Of a DNA stretch of 64,000 nt, positions 1 through 14,586 are shown piece after piece. Under the pieces are notes generated by a model. The model was not told the origin of the DNA. It was given only the letters and a program-made list of their open reading frames with translations, and did no database searches. Position 1 is the first letter of the stretch. The number at the start of each line of letters is the position of its first letter. A program made the translations under genes and the position numbers. This DNA is from Zootoca vivipara (lineage: Eukaryota): assembly GCF_963506605.1 (NCBI RefSeq), contig NC_083278.1, positions 33,108,001 to 33,172,000 of the forward strand, given 5' to 3'.

Positions 1-3000
1 ATTTCCCTCCAATATTTTTTGGGGCATTCATCCATAAAAAATGGGTTTTGTACATGTCTTGTATACTAAGTATGTTGTTTTGTGTGCACTCCCTGCACAC
101 TGAAAATGCACTGCAAAATTTGGATAAATGCATAATCTCTCTGGGAGTTGTGTTCCAATCCCCAACAAGTTTGCATCAGATTGGATCAATCTCCTGCAAA
201 TTCCTCCCCCATTCCTAATTGGCCTAAGCTCCAATGGATCCATAACTAGTCCTTCTTTGGACTTGTAATGCTTCATTTCTTCTGTTGCATTTTCCATAGC
301 ATGTCTTGACTCCTGTGTCCCATTTTTGCAGCTGCAGCAAGGATCTCTGCAGAGGCAGAACTCAACCGACCAACTAGTAAAGGCCAGCAGAGACTATTGG
401 ACAAAGACTGCACTAAATTTTGACTGTCTCCAGCACCACGGATTGGGGTTTAGAATGGCAGCTTTATTTCTGAGTTAAAATGAAGAGAAATGTTGGTGCA
501 CCTGTACAAGAACTATTCAAACTGCCATATGGCTCCTGATTTTTGTACACGGAGTCTTTTTCAGAAGAATGATGTCATTTAATTTTGCTATTCATCTCAT
601 TATGGACAAGGAACTATTCTGGTTTAGTCATTCAAGGTTATCTTCAATGTTGCTATTAATTGGGCAGTATTAACAAAATTGCCACTACATTTTTTCTAAG
701 GTCACCTCCTCTGCTATCAGCATCATTTACTGCATATTTTTTTCCAGTGCACATTCATTTTGGCACGATCCCAAACCATGCCAATTAAAGTGTTTGATCA
801 TTTGTGGTATGGGGATTTTTTCCTCCCTTTAAAGTTCTTCATTTCTAATGAAGAGTTACATGTGAAGGGCAATTTCAGGCTTGACTGAGGTGTGGGATTA
901 TGGGGACAAGGTCTTCCCTTCTAACTTCTGGATCTTTAATCCTGGAGTTCTGCATTTCACACCTCTGCATTCATTGCAAACTTTTATTCAGATTGTGACC
1001 AGAGTTATACATTTAGATCCGTTGCATAGTATCTAATGTTCTGCTAAGTTAAATTCATTCATTCATTCATTATAATTTTTTAAAAAGCCCTTACGAAATT
1101 TCATCAGCATTTCCATGAAAATTCTCCTAATGAATACATTATCTGCAGGTTTAACTAATGTACACATTCTTGAGAGCACTTTCCCCTAATAACATTTCTT
1201 TAGTATGTTAATTTCACAAATCTCTACATTTTATGCAAAATTTCCCCAATATACACATATTATATTACTTCCATATAAACATATTACATTATATTCAGAG
1301 AACTTCAGAGGATTGCTGTGTTGCAGTTCGCATAATGATTTGGCAAGTGTGAGTTTGATAGATTTGGCTTCGAACGTGAACTGAATTGAATTTCTGCCCC
1401 CATGCCCCAGCCCTACTCCCACTCAGCAGGCATGGAATCAGGCTGTAACTACAATTCTCCTTCCAGGTTCTTGAGTAAACATAAACAAAGCTCCTGAGTG
1501 CCCATGAGCCTTATTCAGACATTCACTAATTCTATCTGTACAGGGAACCAGTCCTGATCTCTCCAGCCAGGCATACATTGATGGTTCTGATTGTAGGGAG
1601 GGCTATAAGTACATTCAATCAAACACACCACTTTAGACCTTCCCTTCCCATGTAACATTGAAAGGTCAGGGGCAAAGGTGGTGCTCACTGCCTTGCAGTC
1701 TCTCCATGGGTATAATAAGCGAATGAACAGGAATGTAGAAAAATATAATTGGAAGTGACCTTGGACACTAGAATTCTTCTAGGACCACACTATAAGTTAG
1801 TTTACCAATGTATCAACATTCAATGATGGGCTGATCATGGCTTGTTTAGATATTGTCAGCTGGTGCTTGTTCAGTTGTTAAAACGTTAGCTAGGCTGTCA
1901 GGAAAGATGCAAATATTAGCTGTATGTTGAACATCTTAGTTCAGTTTCTAGGAGCCACCGTTCGGCTCATTTAATTCCAACCCTATAAACAAACAGAGCT
2001 ACTTTTATCATTGAGTAAATCTGCTGCCGTCAGATCTCTGTATGGCAATTCTCCTCCAAAGAAAGCACGATAGGAAAGGAAACTGCATTAGGAGTATAAA
2101 AAGCTGCCTTACGCCAAGTCAAACCTTTTCCGTCTAGTGCTCCAGAGTTTCATGCCGAGGACCCTCTTAGCCCTATCTAGATTCTGGAAACCTTCTACAT
2201 GCAACTCTGCAACTGAACTATGGTCCTTCCCAAACCATTATAGAAGCCAAACTATTTGTCGAGTCTTGCTTGATAACCAGAAGTTCTTTTCTGTACCTTT
2301 ATAAAATGGGGATGCCAGGGATTTAACATTCCACATGCAGGGCCTAACCTCCACCTCTCAACTATTGCGTTCCCCTCCAATTAGGTCACCTTCATATTGA
2401 TTGCTTAGAAGAGCCTACTTCTTCTGTTTCACAAGCCCATTGCTCCACGTGCAGCTGTTTCCAATCTCAATACCTATTCTACATAAGATTGTTCAAGTGT
2501 TTAGGCATACGGATTATTGAACATGCTTCAGTTCAAAACCACTCCAGTTCAAAGCAGTTTAGACCACCCCCCCACACACAAAAAGTATTGTTTTTAATTG
2601 ACAGAGATATAAAAGTTTCAACAGGGAAATTTAAATAAAACCTAAAAAACAAAAACAAAACATGTATTCCCTACTTTGCATTGATCTTAGTTTGCTAAGC
2701 TTTAAGATGTGGAAAACTACAAGGCTTTAAAACCAGCATGCTTCCATCACCTTGATAAGAACATCCCAGATAGTTTTCCTCCCTCAAGGTGGTTGATTTC
2801 TGACTGCCCTCATCCTGAGGGGGGGGGGGAAGGACACTGTGAGGTAAAAATTTTCTTTGGGCCTTTCTGTCAGTCAGGTCTGGGTTATATGCCCACTTTC
2901 AAATTTTGGACCAGCCAGTGCTGAAGGTAGCTTTGAAGCTGGCCCTTCCTGTTGTGTTGTTAATTACTAAATGCAAATAGGACTGGAAAGTATAAACTCT

Positions 3001-3354
3001 CCATCAGGATACAAGGTGTCCACACTTCAGTGGGCACTTATCTGCCTGGAAGGAAGCATATTGTTACTGAGGGGACACTGGGAATGAAGCAACACTAGAG
3101 CTATTGCCTTAAAAAAAGAGAGATAGTTTATAGTTTTTGTTAAAATATTATTGGATAGACATTAGGGCTGGCACATATATGGTGGAATCTTGAGAAAGTG
3201 CTGTGAGAACCATAAAATGGCTGCTGTGGGACATGGCATAATAACACAATGAGTGTCTCACAACACAAAATGGCTGCCACATCTAAAAGCTGTATTTTGT
3301 GTATTCTTTAAGGAATTGAAGTCATGGGGGCATGGGGAGTATGTGTGTGAATTT

Positions 3355-3676
3355 AACAGTGCTTAGCTTATTTTCTTAGTTGCTATTTGTTAATGTTGTT
3401 AATACTGTTTTATAGATTATAAATGCTTTATTGATTTGTTAGCAATGACTTTTGCTGCAATTGTGATGTTTAGCTTGTTTGCAGTTGCCATTTTGTTGAT
3501 AGCTCTTTATAGATTGTGATTGTTTTATTGATGATTTGTTAATGATTTTATATTATTTATGCTGTATTTGTGATGTTCTCTTATGTTGCGTTATGTTACT
3601 GTTATTTATTGTTTGGAAGCCACTTTGAGATTCCTCTGAATGAAAAGCATCATAGAAATTCATTAAATCAAACAAG
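3355..3676 (+). mobile_element. Degenerate L2-type LINE 3' end
   Basis: T-rich low-complexity tract ending in TTGGAAGCCACTTTGAGATTCCTCTGAATGAAAAGCATCATAGAAAT, resembling L2 3' termini; boundaries approximate. Confidence 0.4.
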
Positions 3677-5804
3677 CAGGAAAAAAACGCAATACCTGAA
3701 AATTGTGTGGGCATCTCTCTGTTTCTTTCTCCCCATTATTGTGAAAAAAAGACACTTGTATCAGCCAGTAATGCTCTTTACATCTCTCTTGTTAGAACAA
3801 ATGAGAGGGTGGATGTCCAATCCAGACATCTAATGTAATGTGGGCATATTTAAAGGGTTCAATGTCAAAGAGGATAAGCCAGTGCAAACTGGAACTGCGA
3901 AGGAACAGCAATCAATATACAGCATTGTAGATATTTGAGGGGGTATTTATCTAAGCATTCATTCCCCTGGCAGGGACAGGACTGGGTAATGTGCTGTTGC
4001 TCTCAAGAAAGGGCACCCGAGACTGACAGAGAAGCAGCCAGGCATGCCATCCATGCCCCCCCCCAAAAAAAATTCAATGAGGGGGGTGGGCCCCCTCAAT
4101 ATTCCACAGCCAGGTGAACCCTGGGCCCCACCACAGCTGTCATGGGCCCCACTGGGCCCTCCTGTAGCAGCAGTGGGCTGTGTCAGGCCCTCCTGCGGCT
4201 TTGACTAGGTCCTGTTGGGCCTTTCGGAGGGCACACTGGGCCTGCTCTCACCATGTGACGTCACATGCCACACACATGCCACCCCCACATGTTGGGTGGA
4301 ACCCGGCGTGCCTGGAAGAAGCAATGGAATGGGCTGCATATCTGGAAGCAGAGCCATGTTCTGATACACTTCCATTGCAGATGACATGTTTGGAACTTGA
4401 GTCCAGAGGAATCCACACCCACCCCGTAATCGCTTTGATCAGCTTTGGTACCTAGTAAGTGTGGATGTAATATAGTTTTGGAAATAAGAATGGCAGCTCC
4501 AGCATCCCTATGCACAGAGAGGAGTTGCCATTTTAAAGATGTATGGTCAGTGACAATACATCTAGGGCACTGTGGGAAATTAAAATGAAGGATCCCAGTC
4601 CTAGCAATCCTGCATTCACTGAATCAGAGCATAGCTTTAACTGGCCCCAAAGGAGGTGTCATTCTGAGAATGCAGAAGTGTCCCCAGGAATCTGATTCTA
4701 GACCTATCCATAGAACTCAGCTGTTATTCAAAATGTTCACCCTAAGCACTGTTGCAACATCTAAAGTCCTGCATTCACATAGTTGGGGGCCGATTGCTTA
4801 TGTTTTCTCCACAGAACCACCTTTCCCACTTGATCTGAACCAGAACCAACTCAGGCAGTAGCCTAATTTAATTAATTAGTCAAAGCCATTCCTACTTGTT
4901 TGAGCAAACACAGTTAAGTTTTATTTGTAGTCCCTTAGCCCATAGGCTAATTTTAAATGTGCATACTGTTGCTGAACTCCTGGTACTTTCTGGAAGACCA
5001 CGGTATCTGAATAAAGCTGGTTATTGACATGCTCCTTTTCATAGCAGGAAGCCAATGAACTATAAAGTCAGTCAGTGGATTATACTTATTTAGGCATTTA
5101 GAAAAATCATTGGCAACTAAAAAGCAATTGCATATCTATATCTGACTTGTCCAGGGCTGCTGAAGAGATATTAACTTGATTAATTATAGATATGTGAAGC
5201 ATATATATTTGTCAGAAGAGTAACACGAATCCATATTTACATGCATATTATTTTAACTCGGGCTTCTTGCACTCCCTGGAAAGCCAAATGGAAGACATTG
5301 CATCGTGGCATTCTCCCCTGAGATTTCCATTCGTCTGGAATCATCTGGGATTAAACAATGGTTTGGATCCTCAGTTCCAATGAGCAGAACTCACACACAG
5401 GATGCTTCTGTTTGAATAGTGGCAGAAAAATTCCACTGATTTTGCCTTCCACTCAAAGCCTCCTGTGCCTCCAAAATCTGCTTGGGAGACCCTTTGGAAC
5501 CACATGGTCAAACAAATATGTTAAAAGTTGAAGCTAAGTAGTAGTCAAACCTCAGCCACCTTTCTTTTCCTTCTGAAGTTTCTTGTTCTATTTCAGTTGT
5601 ATTTCCCCGAAGGGTGAACCAAACAGGTTCAATATATCCTAATTTCTGCCGCAATATAGTTGTTCTGCCTCTACAATATGGTGCCATTTTCCATCCTCAC
5701 TCTTATCTGATCATTTCTGTGCAGGAGATCAATTCTGCCGCATTTATAAAAAAGTTGAGCTACTTTTCTAGCCAGGTAAGGAAACGTGAATGAAAGCAAA
5801 AATA

Positions 5805-6047
5805 CAGTGGTACCTCTACTTACGAATAACTCTACTTACGAATGTTTCTACTTACGAATGGAGCTCCGTCCGCCATCTTGGATGCGGTTTAGATAGGATT
5901 TTTTATACTTACGAATTTTTAGATAGGATTTTTTCTACTTACGAATTTTTTCTCCCAATGCATTCCTATGGGATCCGACTTACAATTTTTTTCTACTTAC
6001 AAATGTGCGTTTGGAACGCATTAAATTCGTAAGTAGAGGTACCACTG
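5805..6047. mobile_element. pogo/Tigger-like (Tc1-mariner) MITE
   Basis: Terminal inverted repeats CAGTGGTACCTCTACTTACGAA / TTCGTAAGTAGAGGTACCACTG, TA on both sides, internal ACTTACGAA subrepeats. Confidence 0.9.
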
Positions 6048-6570
6048 TATTTAAAAGTTGATTAAAAATATACAAAATTGTTATTATATTCCACATTAAC
6101 TCACAGTTGTGATATGTTTTCACAAAAGCAGAATTTCATAACAATAGCATTTTCTGATTCATATATTAGCACGTAAAAAAAGTCAGAAGAATACACAACA
6201 CAAAAAACCCAAACTAAATTTAATAAAAATATATTCTTACGCACTCTATTTCCCCCCCTTGCTTTCACTAAGAGGGCAATCCTATGCATGTGTTCTCAAA
6301 AGTAAGTCCCGTTGAATTCAATGACTGATTTACTTCCAGGTAAGTGTGCAACAGATTGCAACCTTAAGTGGTGATCCTAAGCATTTTCATGGGCCTAGCG
6401 GGAATGCTTGTGGTTCCTCATCAACTGGAGGGATATATGGAGTTGGGCCTAGTCATGGAGTTCAGTATCTCTTGTGAGGGGAGGGGCTGATTCAAGAGCA
6501 CAACACAAAAGCCCCGCCTACCAGATGCCAGACATTCTACTAATCCAATTAGGCCCCAGTGTTTTTCTTA

Positions 6571-6805
6571 CAGTATCTGCTTCTGGGCACCACACTTTAA
6601 GAAAGAAGTGGGCAAATGTGGAATAAATTCACAGGAGACGAACAGAGACGGTCACTGGTATGGAACACAAGGCCCAAGAGGAAAAGTTTGAAAGGGTTGG
6701 GTACGTAACATGAAGGATAGAGTGGGGAAGGGGACATTATGTACTCATCATTTACCTGAAAAGGTGTCATATAGAAGAGGGCAAAAACTGTTTTTTCTTG
6801 CCCCA
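6571..6805 (+). mobile_element. CR1 LINE ORF2 C-terminal fragment (degenerate)
   Basis: Broken frames read FWAPHFKK...ETRPxEE...YLKRCHIEEGKNxF, matching the CR1 RT C-terminal consensus. Confidence 0.7.
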
Positions 6806-6859
6806 ACAGCAAGGTGATGGGTTTCTCCCAAACACCACCACCATCCTGAGGTTACCTCC

Positions 6860-6935
6860 ACTGACTCCAGCTCCCATCAGCCCCAGACAGTATAGTCAGT
6901 GATGATGGGAGTTGTAGTTCACCAACATCTGGAGA
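6860..6935. mobile_element. Degenerate palindromic hAT-type MITE fragment
   Basis: CTCCCATCAGCCCCAG...GATGATGGGAGTTGTAGT...AACATCTGGAG, same family as 52961-53098. Confidence 0.65.
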
Positions 6936-8416
6936 GTTTAGAGGCTTCTGGCTTCCATCAAAAATGACTTGCAAACAGTTGTCAATGCAACAGTTTGAAA
7001 ATCCAAACCTTGTCTTGCTCAAGAGTTATATCTAAAAGAATATTTGTAACTGGCAAAAAATTCACACACACACTTGCGAACGATGCATAATGTGTTAAAA
7101 GTTGACTGCAGAAAAATCATTATCTTTTAACTCATCAGTCTTTTTACCGGTTGGTTATTTTTGGCTTCTTCTCCAATATAGTGATGAATTGTCAGGATTA
7201 AAATATTCACAAGATGACTAAAATGCTGATAAAGTAACGGTCGTTTACTACCCAGTTCTACTGCATAAACTACTCTAGCCAATTAAATTCTGAGTCTCGT
7301 TCTCATGACAATGACTATAATGAGAAAAGGAAATTGTACAACATGAATTTTTCTTGTGATGAAGATTACAGCAAGGGCTTTGACAGGGAACAAAATTAAA
7401 CCTACTCTCCTAATAATCTTGATATTGTCATCCACTGTCCTCTTCAACTGCCATAAGGGAAGTGACTGCTTGGACATTTCTTATCAATCACAGAGGATCT
7501 ACGCTTCAGCTTGGTGAATTATCATACATAGAGATTGTACTATAAGTGATAAAGGCTGATACTTATGTAAATTAATTCATGAGTAAGAAGGGGAGGGGAA
7601 CAGAAATCAAGCTGTTTAATTTAGCCAACCATCAAGTAGGAGTGGAGATGAGAAGCATATATTGGTGACAATGACACTTTTGGTGCAAATCCTCATTTCT
7701 TTATCAAGAGGGGGAAACGTCAGTAGACTGTATGCTTTTGGGGCTGTTTTTCACACTACCCTCCCTCCATTTTAGTACAGGTTCACCAGTTGCTTCAGGG
7801 CTGAGTTGGAATTTTTTGCTTACCTGCACATTGGGCAAGCAGGGTTCCCCGCTTGCCAAATGTTCAGGCATTGGTGTTTTGGGATTGGTGTTGTTAAATA
7901 GGTTTATTTGGCTAATTTGGTTGCATGGTTAAGTTGGGAATGTTGTTGGCAGGGAGGTGCAGGAAAGGTTAAGGTTAGATAAAAAAAAAGTAGCTGAGCA
8001 CCTTTAGGCACCTTGAAAGGTGAAGGGAATTTCTGGAAGCCACTGTTCTGGGTTCTGAGGTCCTTAAGCCTACATTTGGCGTGTTCTTGAGACTCACCTG
8101 CCCCAGCTGCCTGGCACTGTGTGGCCCTGGAGGGATGGTGCAGGAAGGTTTCTCTACTGACCATAGTGTGGGGCCTAAACTTTGGGGATATGCCTCGTCA
8201 TTCAGGGGTTGGCTTGCTGAACGGTTGAAGTTAAGTCAGGTTTCCACTCTTTAATTTGTAAACTGCTTTGAGGGTTTTTTTCTACAATCCAGTGGTATAT
8301 ATACATTTTGTGAAATAAGTAATTTCCATTGCAGATATATTTTAGATAAAATATGGCCCCAGTTCAACGCATTACTTGTGTCTCACCTCTTTAACCCTGG
8401 GTCCAGTCACAAATCA

Positions 8417-8721
8417 GGTCCTCCCTGAAAGAGAGGGCACGTGTTGTGGTGGGACCCAGCAATCAGGCCTAGGTGTTGGGGCGGGGACAATTGGAGCAGC
8501 CACAACACCCTATTGGTGGTCCCTCTAACGGGGAGCAATTGGACTAAGGGCATGCCAGTCAAGAGTTACAGGGACCACTATTTAACTGCTGCACATGACC
8601 CTGAGATCCTCTTTTCAGGTCACCGTGCACCGGAACACCCACCCACCCTCCCTAATTTTAGGGCTTGACCTTGCTATGCCGCCGTGTGTTGCCTGTCGTT
8701 GGGACAGGGGCACAGCAGGAC
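8417..8721 (+). mobile_element. Partial copy of the LTR-like repeat at 19072-19853
   Basis: Shared blocks GTCCTCCCT..AGAGGGCACGTGTTG, AGCCACAACACCCTATTGGT, CGGAACACCCACCCACC, CTTGACCTTGCTATGCCG. Confidence 0.75.
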
Positions 8722-9187
8722 TTAACTCTTCTGCCTTTAGAAGGAAAAGTAGATTTCTCCTTCAGACCAGTCTTTCAGACCAATCCTTCAAATCTTCATT
8801 TAATTCAGGCCAAGGTCACAACACCCCTTTCTTTTTCTACCCTCCATGTCATAAATCAGCCTGTGGTTTTCCATGCACTGATCCAGCCCTCATAGATACA
8901 AAATGTGACAATCTGAATAAAAATAAATTATTTCTAGGGCCCAGCCGTGAAATGTATGGGCATACTGTCAAGAAAAATAGTGATTCATGCATGTGGTTTT
9001 ACGGAGATAAGGACATATACATTTCAATGATGAGATGCCCAGAGTGTCCCTTTCTTTACATGAAGTACAGTACAAATAACCAGCGTACAGGAAGAGTGGG
9101 AAAGATGAAGCTTGGTGATATATTTTAAATATAGAATCAGAAATATTAATTGCTGGGCTTATGTAACATAAAAAGCCAAGATGTAGC

Positions 9188-9575
9188 ATGGAAGTTAAAA
9201 ATGGTACTGTTGGAAGATCAAGGACAGATAAAAGAGAACAATTTATCATACAGCATATAGTTAATTTATGGAACTCACTCCCACAGGAGGCAGTGATAGC
9301 CCCAACATGGATGGGTTAAAAAGAGGATTAGTCAAATTCATGAAGGATATGACTGTCAACAGCTATTAGCTATGATGGCTATGTTCTAATTTCATTGCCA
9401 GAGGCAGTATACCTCTGAATACCAGTTGCTGGGAATTGCAGGTAGGCAGAGTTCTGTTGCACTCACAGATTCTGCTTGCAAGCTTCCCATGGGGAGTCTA
9501 GTTGGTCACTGTGAGAAAAGGATGCTGAACTTGATGGGCCATTGGCCTGATCCAGCAGGCTATTCTTGCTATGTT
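9188..9575 (+). mobile_element. CR1 LINE 3' end
   Basis: TTATGGAACTCACTCCCACAGGAGGCAGTGATAGC...AAAAGAGGATTAG..AAATTCATG and terminal GATGGGCCATTGGCCTGATCCAGCAGGCT, typical of squamate CR1 3' regions. Confidence 0.8.
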
Positions 9576-11544
9576 GTCATGTAGATAAAAGAAATAATTA
9601 ACCGTATGTGCACTTCGTTCCCATAAAGGTTTACTTGTCCTGATAATTGGTATAATGCACAGCTATTTCATACATTATCTTTTCCCTAAATGTACTCAGG
9701 AAAAGAGAAAGTATGTTTGTTCCCAGTAAATTGTTGTATTCAAGAGTGTTGACAGTCCAAAGCTCAATAAGTATATCAGATTTGAAGCTGTTAGGATTCT
9801 TTAATTTATTCATTTTAGGGTAAGATAATATACCTATATATAACCTTATTAGATCTGGTAGGCATAGGAACTCATGTAAGATACATATAAGGTCAGTTTA
9901 TGTTCGGGACCACTTTGGTTTAGGACACTTGACCTGAGTGGAAATGACACATTACTCATAAATATGATCATATTTTGTTTAAGATTTTAAGTGTCAATTT
10001 CCTGTGACAGGGGAGCTAGCAGCACATTCCGTTGTTAAAACAATTACAGGGATAATTGATGTGGTTAACAACAGGTTCAAAGCATACTTGAAAAAATGTT
10101 CTGTGGTAAAGAAAATATGTCAGAGAGGTTGTAGGTTTTGTGCTTGTGCAGGGTACAGTAATTGGAAACAGGATATAGTGCTGGAGATTTTAATATTTTT
10201 TGTAATTCTCTAGAATTAAAATTAATATTCATAGGACGAGAGATGAGAAGGTATAAAGGTAGGACTCAGTCTTTTGTTTTGTATACCATCCCTTGGACAA
10301 TCAAGGGAAATCCTGTGTTCCTGCAATTTGTACAGGGTGTAGTCCAATGGACTCTGTTTTCTTACTTTGCAAGCTTTTGCTGTGAAAGGGTGTGATGGGT
10401 TGTTGTTGTTTAAATCCTTTTTGCTATTTTTTTTAAAAAAACACCCCATTTTGGACATTTGCCTGTGTTTCTGGTTGTGACATTTCCTGAAAACCCAATG
10501 CCCAATTGGGAGAGATTGTATATTATATGTGTAAAAGTCAAGCTTTATGCTTTACTTGTGAAAGTATATTGATCCATATTTATTTATATTCACAGTTACA
10601 TGCATTGCTGAATACATGTTCTGGTGTTGGTTACTTTAGGAGACCCGGAGTGTATAAGCATGTAATATCCATATAACGGTATGTGTATAACAATTTGTAT
10701 AATAACATGAATAAGAATTGTTCATATTTTTAGCAGAACTGGAAGGAGAGAAACCTTCTTCTTAATGAGATTAAGAAGTGAAATGGGAATTTGGGGGGGA
10801 GGGGGTCCCTGTGCAGATAATCTTGACATTTCCAGAAGATTCTATCCTTAACGGCAGTGTATTCTGATGAAGTAATAAGAAATGAATTGAATCATGTCTG
10901 ATAGCGATAGACAGTCAAACCTAAAGTTCTCTTAACAACAAAGAAGATAATGCATTCTCTTCTAAACAGTACACTGCCTAACTTTCTAGAAAAAAAACTG
11001 TTCCCATGCAGGTACCAAAACAACGATAAGATTTTTCAATAGTACATAGCTGCTCCCATTGTGTCATTTTGGCCAGCTGTTCAGAAGAACTCAGCACAAT
11101 GGATTAGCACAAGCTGTGCTTCTGAAGTTCCCTCAAAAGGGATATTTTCAAAGGCACATATGGTAGTAGAGTACATCATAGCAATCTGTGTCTTTGACAA
11201 TTCTCCCCACTCTCTTAATTGACTTTTCTTCAAGAGTTCCACTCACCATTTCTCTAAATAGCACGATAGACTGGGAAGATCTCTACAGTGGCAATGTCAC
11301 ACTCTTCATACCCCTGACCTCATTTTGAAATATGGAAAAGGAGCTAGCTAGGGGAAAGATGACAAAAATAAATATTGCGTGCTGACTTTCCAATCAGGCA
11401 AATAAATGTTGCTGTATTCACCCGACAATAGGAGGCCCCAAACAAGGAAATTAAGCTAGCATAAGAAAAAGCAATGCCTTGCCTATTATTTTTTAATCTC
11501 AAATTGTAGATTGAATAAACTGATGCTCTTCAAGAGCCCACCAT

Positions 11545-11680
11545 GGTATCCAATTTTGATGACCAACTTTGATGATGCAATTATGAGTGAGGGATGAAAT
11601 TGGCTGAGGACATCAAGCTGAGAGGCATTATCAGTACTGGTAAGGGCATTGAAACAACATCAGGGGAAAACTGATAGTTC
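11545..11680 (+). mobile_element. Ancient CR1 RT-core remnant
   Basis: ATGAAATTGGCTGAGGACATCAAGCTGAGAGGC reads MKLAEDIKLRG, a degenerate KFADDTKLGG motif. Confidence 0.4.
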
Positions 11681-11949
11681 AATGGAGAGGGTTACATTTG
11701 CTCAGTTAGAGATCAAGGACTAATTAGGTAAGAAAAGGGAAAAGATACTTGGCCTTCCTGATCAAGTACTCATTGACTATGTTCCACCCATGTGATTTAG
11801 GATGGGGGGGGGAGCAAATGTGATTCTTTAATGGCTGTGCCATTTGCAGTATCATAATGATAGCATCTACTGTGCAGTATCTTCACAGCAATAAATACAT
11901 TCAAGTCTGGCGTGTCAATGACCTACTTCAGATGCAAAATCTGAACCAC

Positions 11950-12075
11950 ACAACACCTGTCCTAAAAGACTTACATTTGCTCCCAGTACATTTCTGAGCA
12001 CAATTCAAAGTGTTGGTGTTGCCCTTTAAAGCCCTTAACAGCTTTGGGCCTGTATTCCTGAAGGAGCTTCTTCAA
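11950..12075 (+). mobile_element. L2 LINE ORF2 C-terminal fragment
   Basis: Reads TPVLKDLHLLPVHF*AQFKVLVLPFKALNSFGPVFLKE, matching the L2 LHWLP...FKVL...YKAL motif. Confidence 0.7.
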
Positions 12076-14260
12076 GAGATGATGTGGAGTTTCAATGTGT
12101 GTGGGGAGCTCCATCAAAAAGCACTCACCCAAAAAAGGATGGGGGAGAGAAGTCATGCTTAATAGCAATTGCCAAGCTGAAAGCAGGGGTGGGGACCTGA
12201 CCATTGACCATTATGGCTTGGGCTAATGGGATCTGGACTTAACATCCACAACATACCAGGTTATTCTGACAACATACTTGAAGTCTGCCATTGAGGAGCA
12301 TAACCACCAGAAAAGCGAGTCCTTGCCTTTTCCAGCAAATTTACATTTAACAAATAATTATTATGATTTATAATTGCTGCAATAATTGGACTAATACAGA
12401 AAGTCAACGTTCAAGGTGTATTTATAGCTATTAACAGCTTCTTCATCATGTACTAGGAAATTTTTATTAACCTTAAATATCTTTCACACTTTAATGTGAA
12501 ATTCATGTTAAACACATCTTCAGATCAAGGTGACTTTAACAAGCCATATCCAAGTGATGCATTAATATACACACGGACATCAATGCCTTGAGTGATAGAC
12601 TTTGAAGCTAATCTGGTATTCTGTTTGCACAGGCAGTTTCTCAATAGGTCTGACATTGATCATCTGTCCATTTGATTTGTTAAGCTTATAATAGTGATTT
12701 TATACAAAATGACTGAAGGCTCACAATGTAATATACAATGTCATTACGTGTTTTACTTTTTTGGGGGGTCATAAGTGCCACCCCCTCCCCAAACCTATTG
12801 AAAAATCCAAACACAGAGAGACTTAGGTTGTTGCTCTTGTTTTGCATTCTCTGGAGCCAAAGCCAAACTGGACCCCACCACCACCTGAGGCCTAACACAG
12901 CTAATTTGAAAGGAAAAAGAAGATTGAACCATGAGCGGTAAATCTGTGACAGGCAGCAACCCCTATATATCATGGCAGAAATGAAATCATCATGTCTTTG
13001 CCTCTCGCAGTCACAATGAGTGCATGATGGCATATATACCATGTAATAAATTTCTTCCGACTGGCAATTGTTATGTAAGAAAACAGTGTTTCCAGAATCT
13101 ACAAATCAAGATTCATGGATGGAAAGAAGTGGCAGACTTCGCTCAGGGATGGCATTGGATATTTTACAAATAACCTTAGACTGATTGATATATATGCTAA
13201 GTATGCACAAAGATTAACTGTCAGCTGGCATCTTGAGCATCATAACCACCTTACAGACTCAGTTCTGCCCAGGTCTTGATTTGGGTACAGTAATATGGCA
13301 CCCTGGATGAGGACAAAATTTGGTGCCCTCACCCCCTTGCCTTTCATTCTGCATATGCTCTAAAGTGCACTGCATCATAGTTTTGTGCTCCTTTGGCTCA
13401 GCAACACTAAATCTGGCACTGTCCTGTCTCTCTTCCTTTGGTACCGGACAGGTCTACATGTATCTGCAAAGGGGTTTGCTTTCAGCTTCTGCTGCATCAA
13501 CATCCATCCAAACAGTCCAGGTGCCAATATAAATGAGTCCTGTAATTCACTGCTAATGAGAATGCATCCACGTATAGATTGTGTTTTGTCCCTAGTAAAG
13601 AAAGTGGAGCAGATAGTGCTTTTAATTTAAAATGGTGAATTATCTTATTGAATATCAACACTGTTGAGTTTAAAGTAAACACAATGATAAACAGTGATGG
13701 GATAAATTTCAACTCAAAGAGATGGAAATACAAACTTATCTAGCTTGACTTGTTTTAATGTCACTGGGTGTGAGCTCAGACCCTTTCAGGTCTGGAATAG
13801 TGCTTCATTTTATCTGCATTGGGTTTGCTGTTCACCATTACCACCACTCCCTATTACTTAGCCCTTCTGACATTTCTTCTCCACCTTCATGAATTCTCTT
13901 CCAAAATCACATGAAATGCTGCATGAAAGTCTCTTTCCCTCCCTCTTTCTCTCCTCCTTCCATCTTTCAATGCCTCCCTTGACCCAGGAGTTCAGGGCCC
14001 TATCAGAAACATTGTACAGTACTTGGAAGCTCTTTGTGCTTGGGACACTGCTGCTGCAATTTTCTTCCAGGTACCCAGCCAGAAGGAGACAGGGATGTGG
14101 AAATGGAAAGAGAAAGAGACCTCACTGCTGTATATACTGCCTGGTTTATGAGGATGGAGTTTAGGGAGACCACTCACCTATTTTCTTTTCTTTTTTTCTT
14201 TTTTGGTGAGCATAAAAAGAATAGACTTGGAATTTTTGAATTACACATAAGAAAAAAATG

Positions 14261-14586
14261 CTAGGGCTTGCTGATCAGAAGGTCGACAGTTCAAATCCCT
14301 GCAATGGGGTGAGCTCCCGTTGCTCGGTCCCAGCTCCTGCCCACTTAGCAGTTCGAAAGAACATCAAAGTGCAAGTAGATAAACAGGGACCGCTCCGGCA
14401 GGAAGGTAAACGGCGTTTCCGTGCGCTGCTCTGGTTCGCCAGAAGCAGCTTTGTCATGCTGGCCACATGACCCGGAAGCTGTCTGCGGACAAACGCCAGC
14501 TCCCTCGGCCTATAGAGCGAGATGAGTGCCGCAACCCCAGAGTCGGACACAACTAGACCTGATGGTCAGGGGCCCTTTTACCTTTA
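14261..14586 (+). mobile_element. Sauria SINE, 5'-truncated
   Basis: CTAGGGCTTGCTGATCAGAAGGTCG...GAGCTCCCGTTGCTCGG...GGCCACATGACCCGGAAG...CCCCAGAGTCGGACAC (BovB-like tail), ending in TTTACCTTTA. Confidence 0.9.

Noticed and set aside
8595-9128. 177-aa ORF
   Set aside because: It begins inside the LTR-like repeat and continues into unrelated DNA; no recognisable domain.
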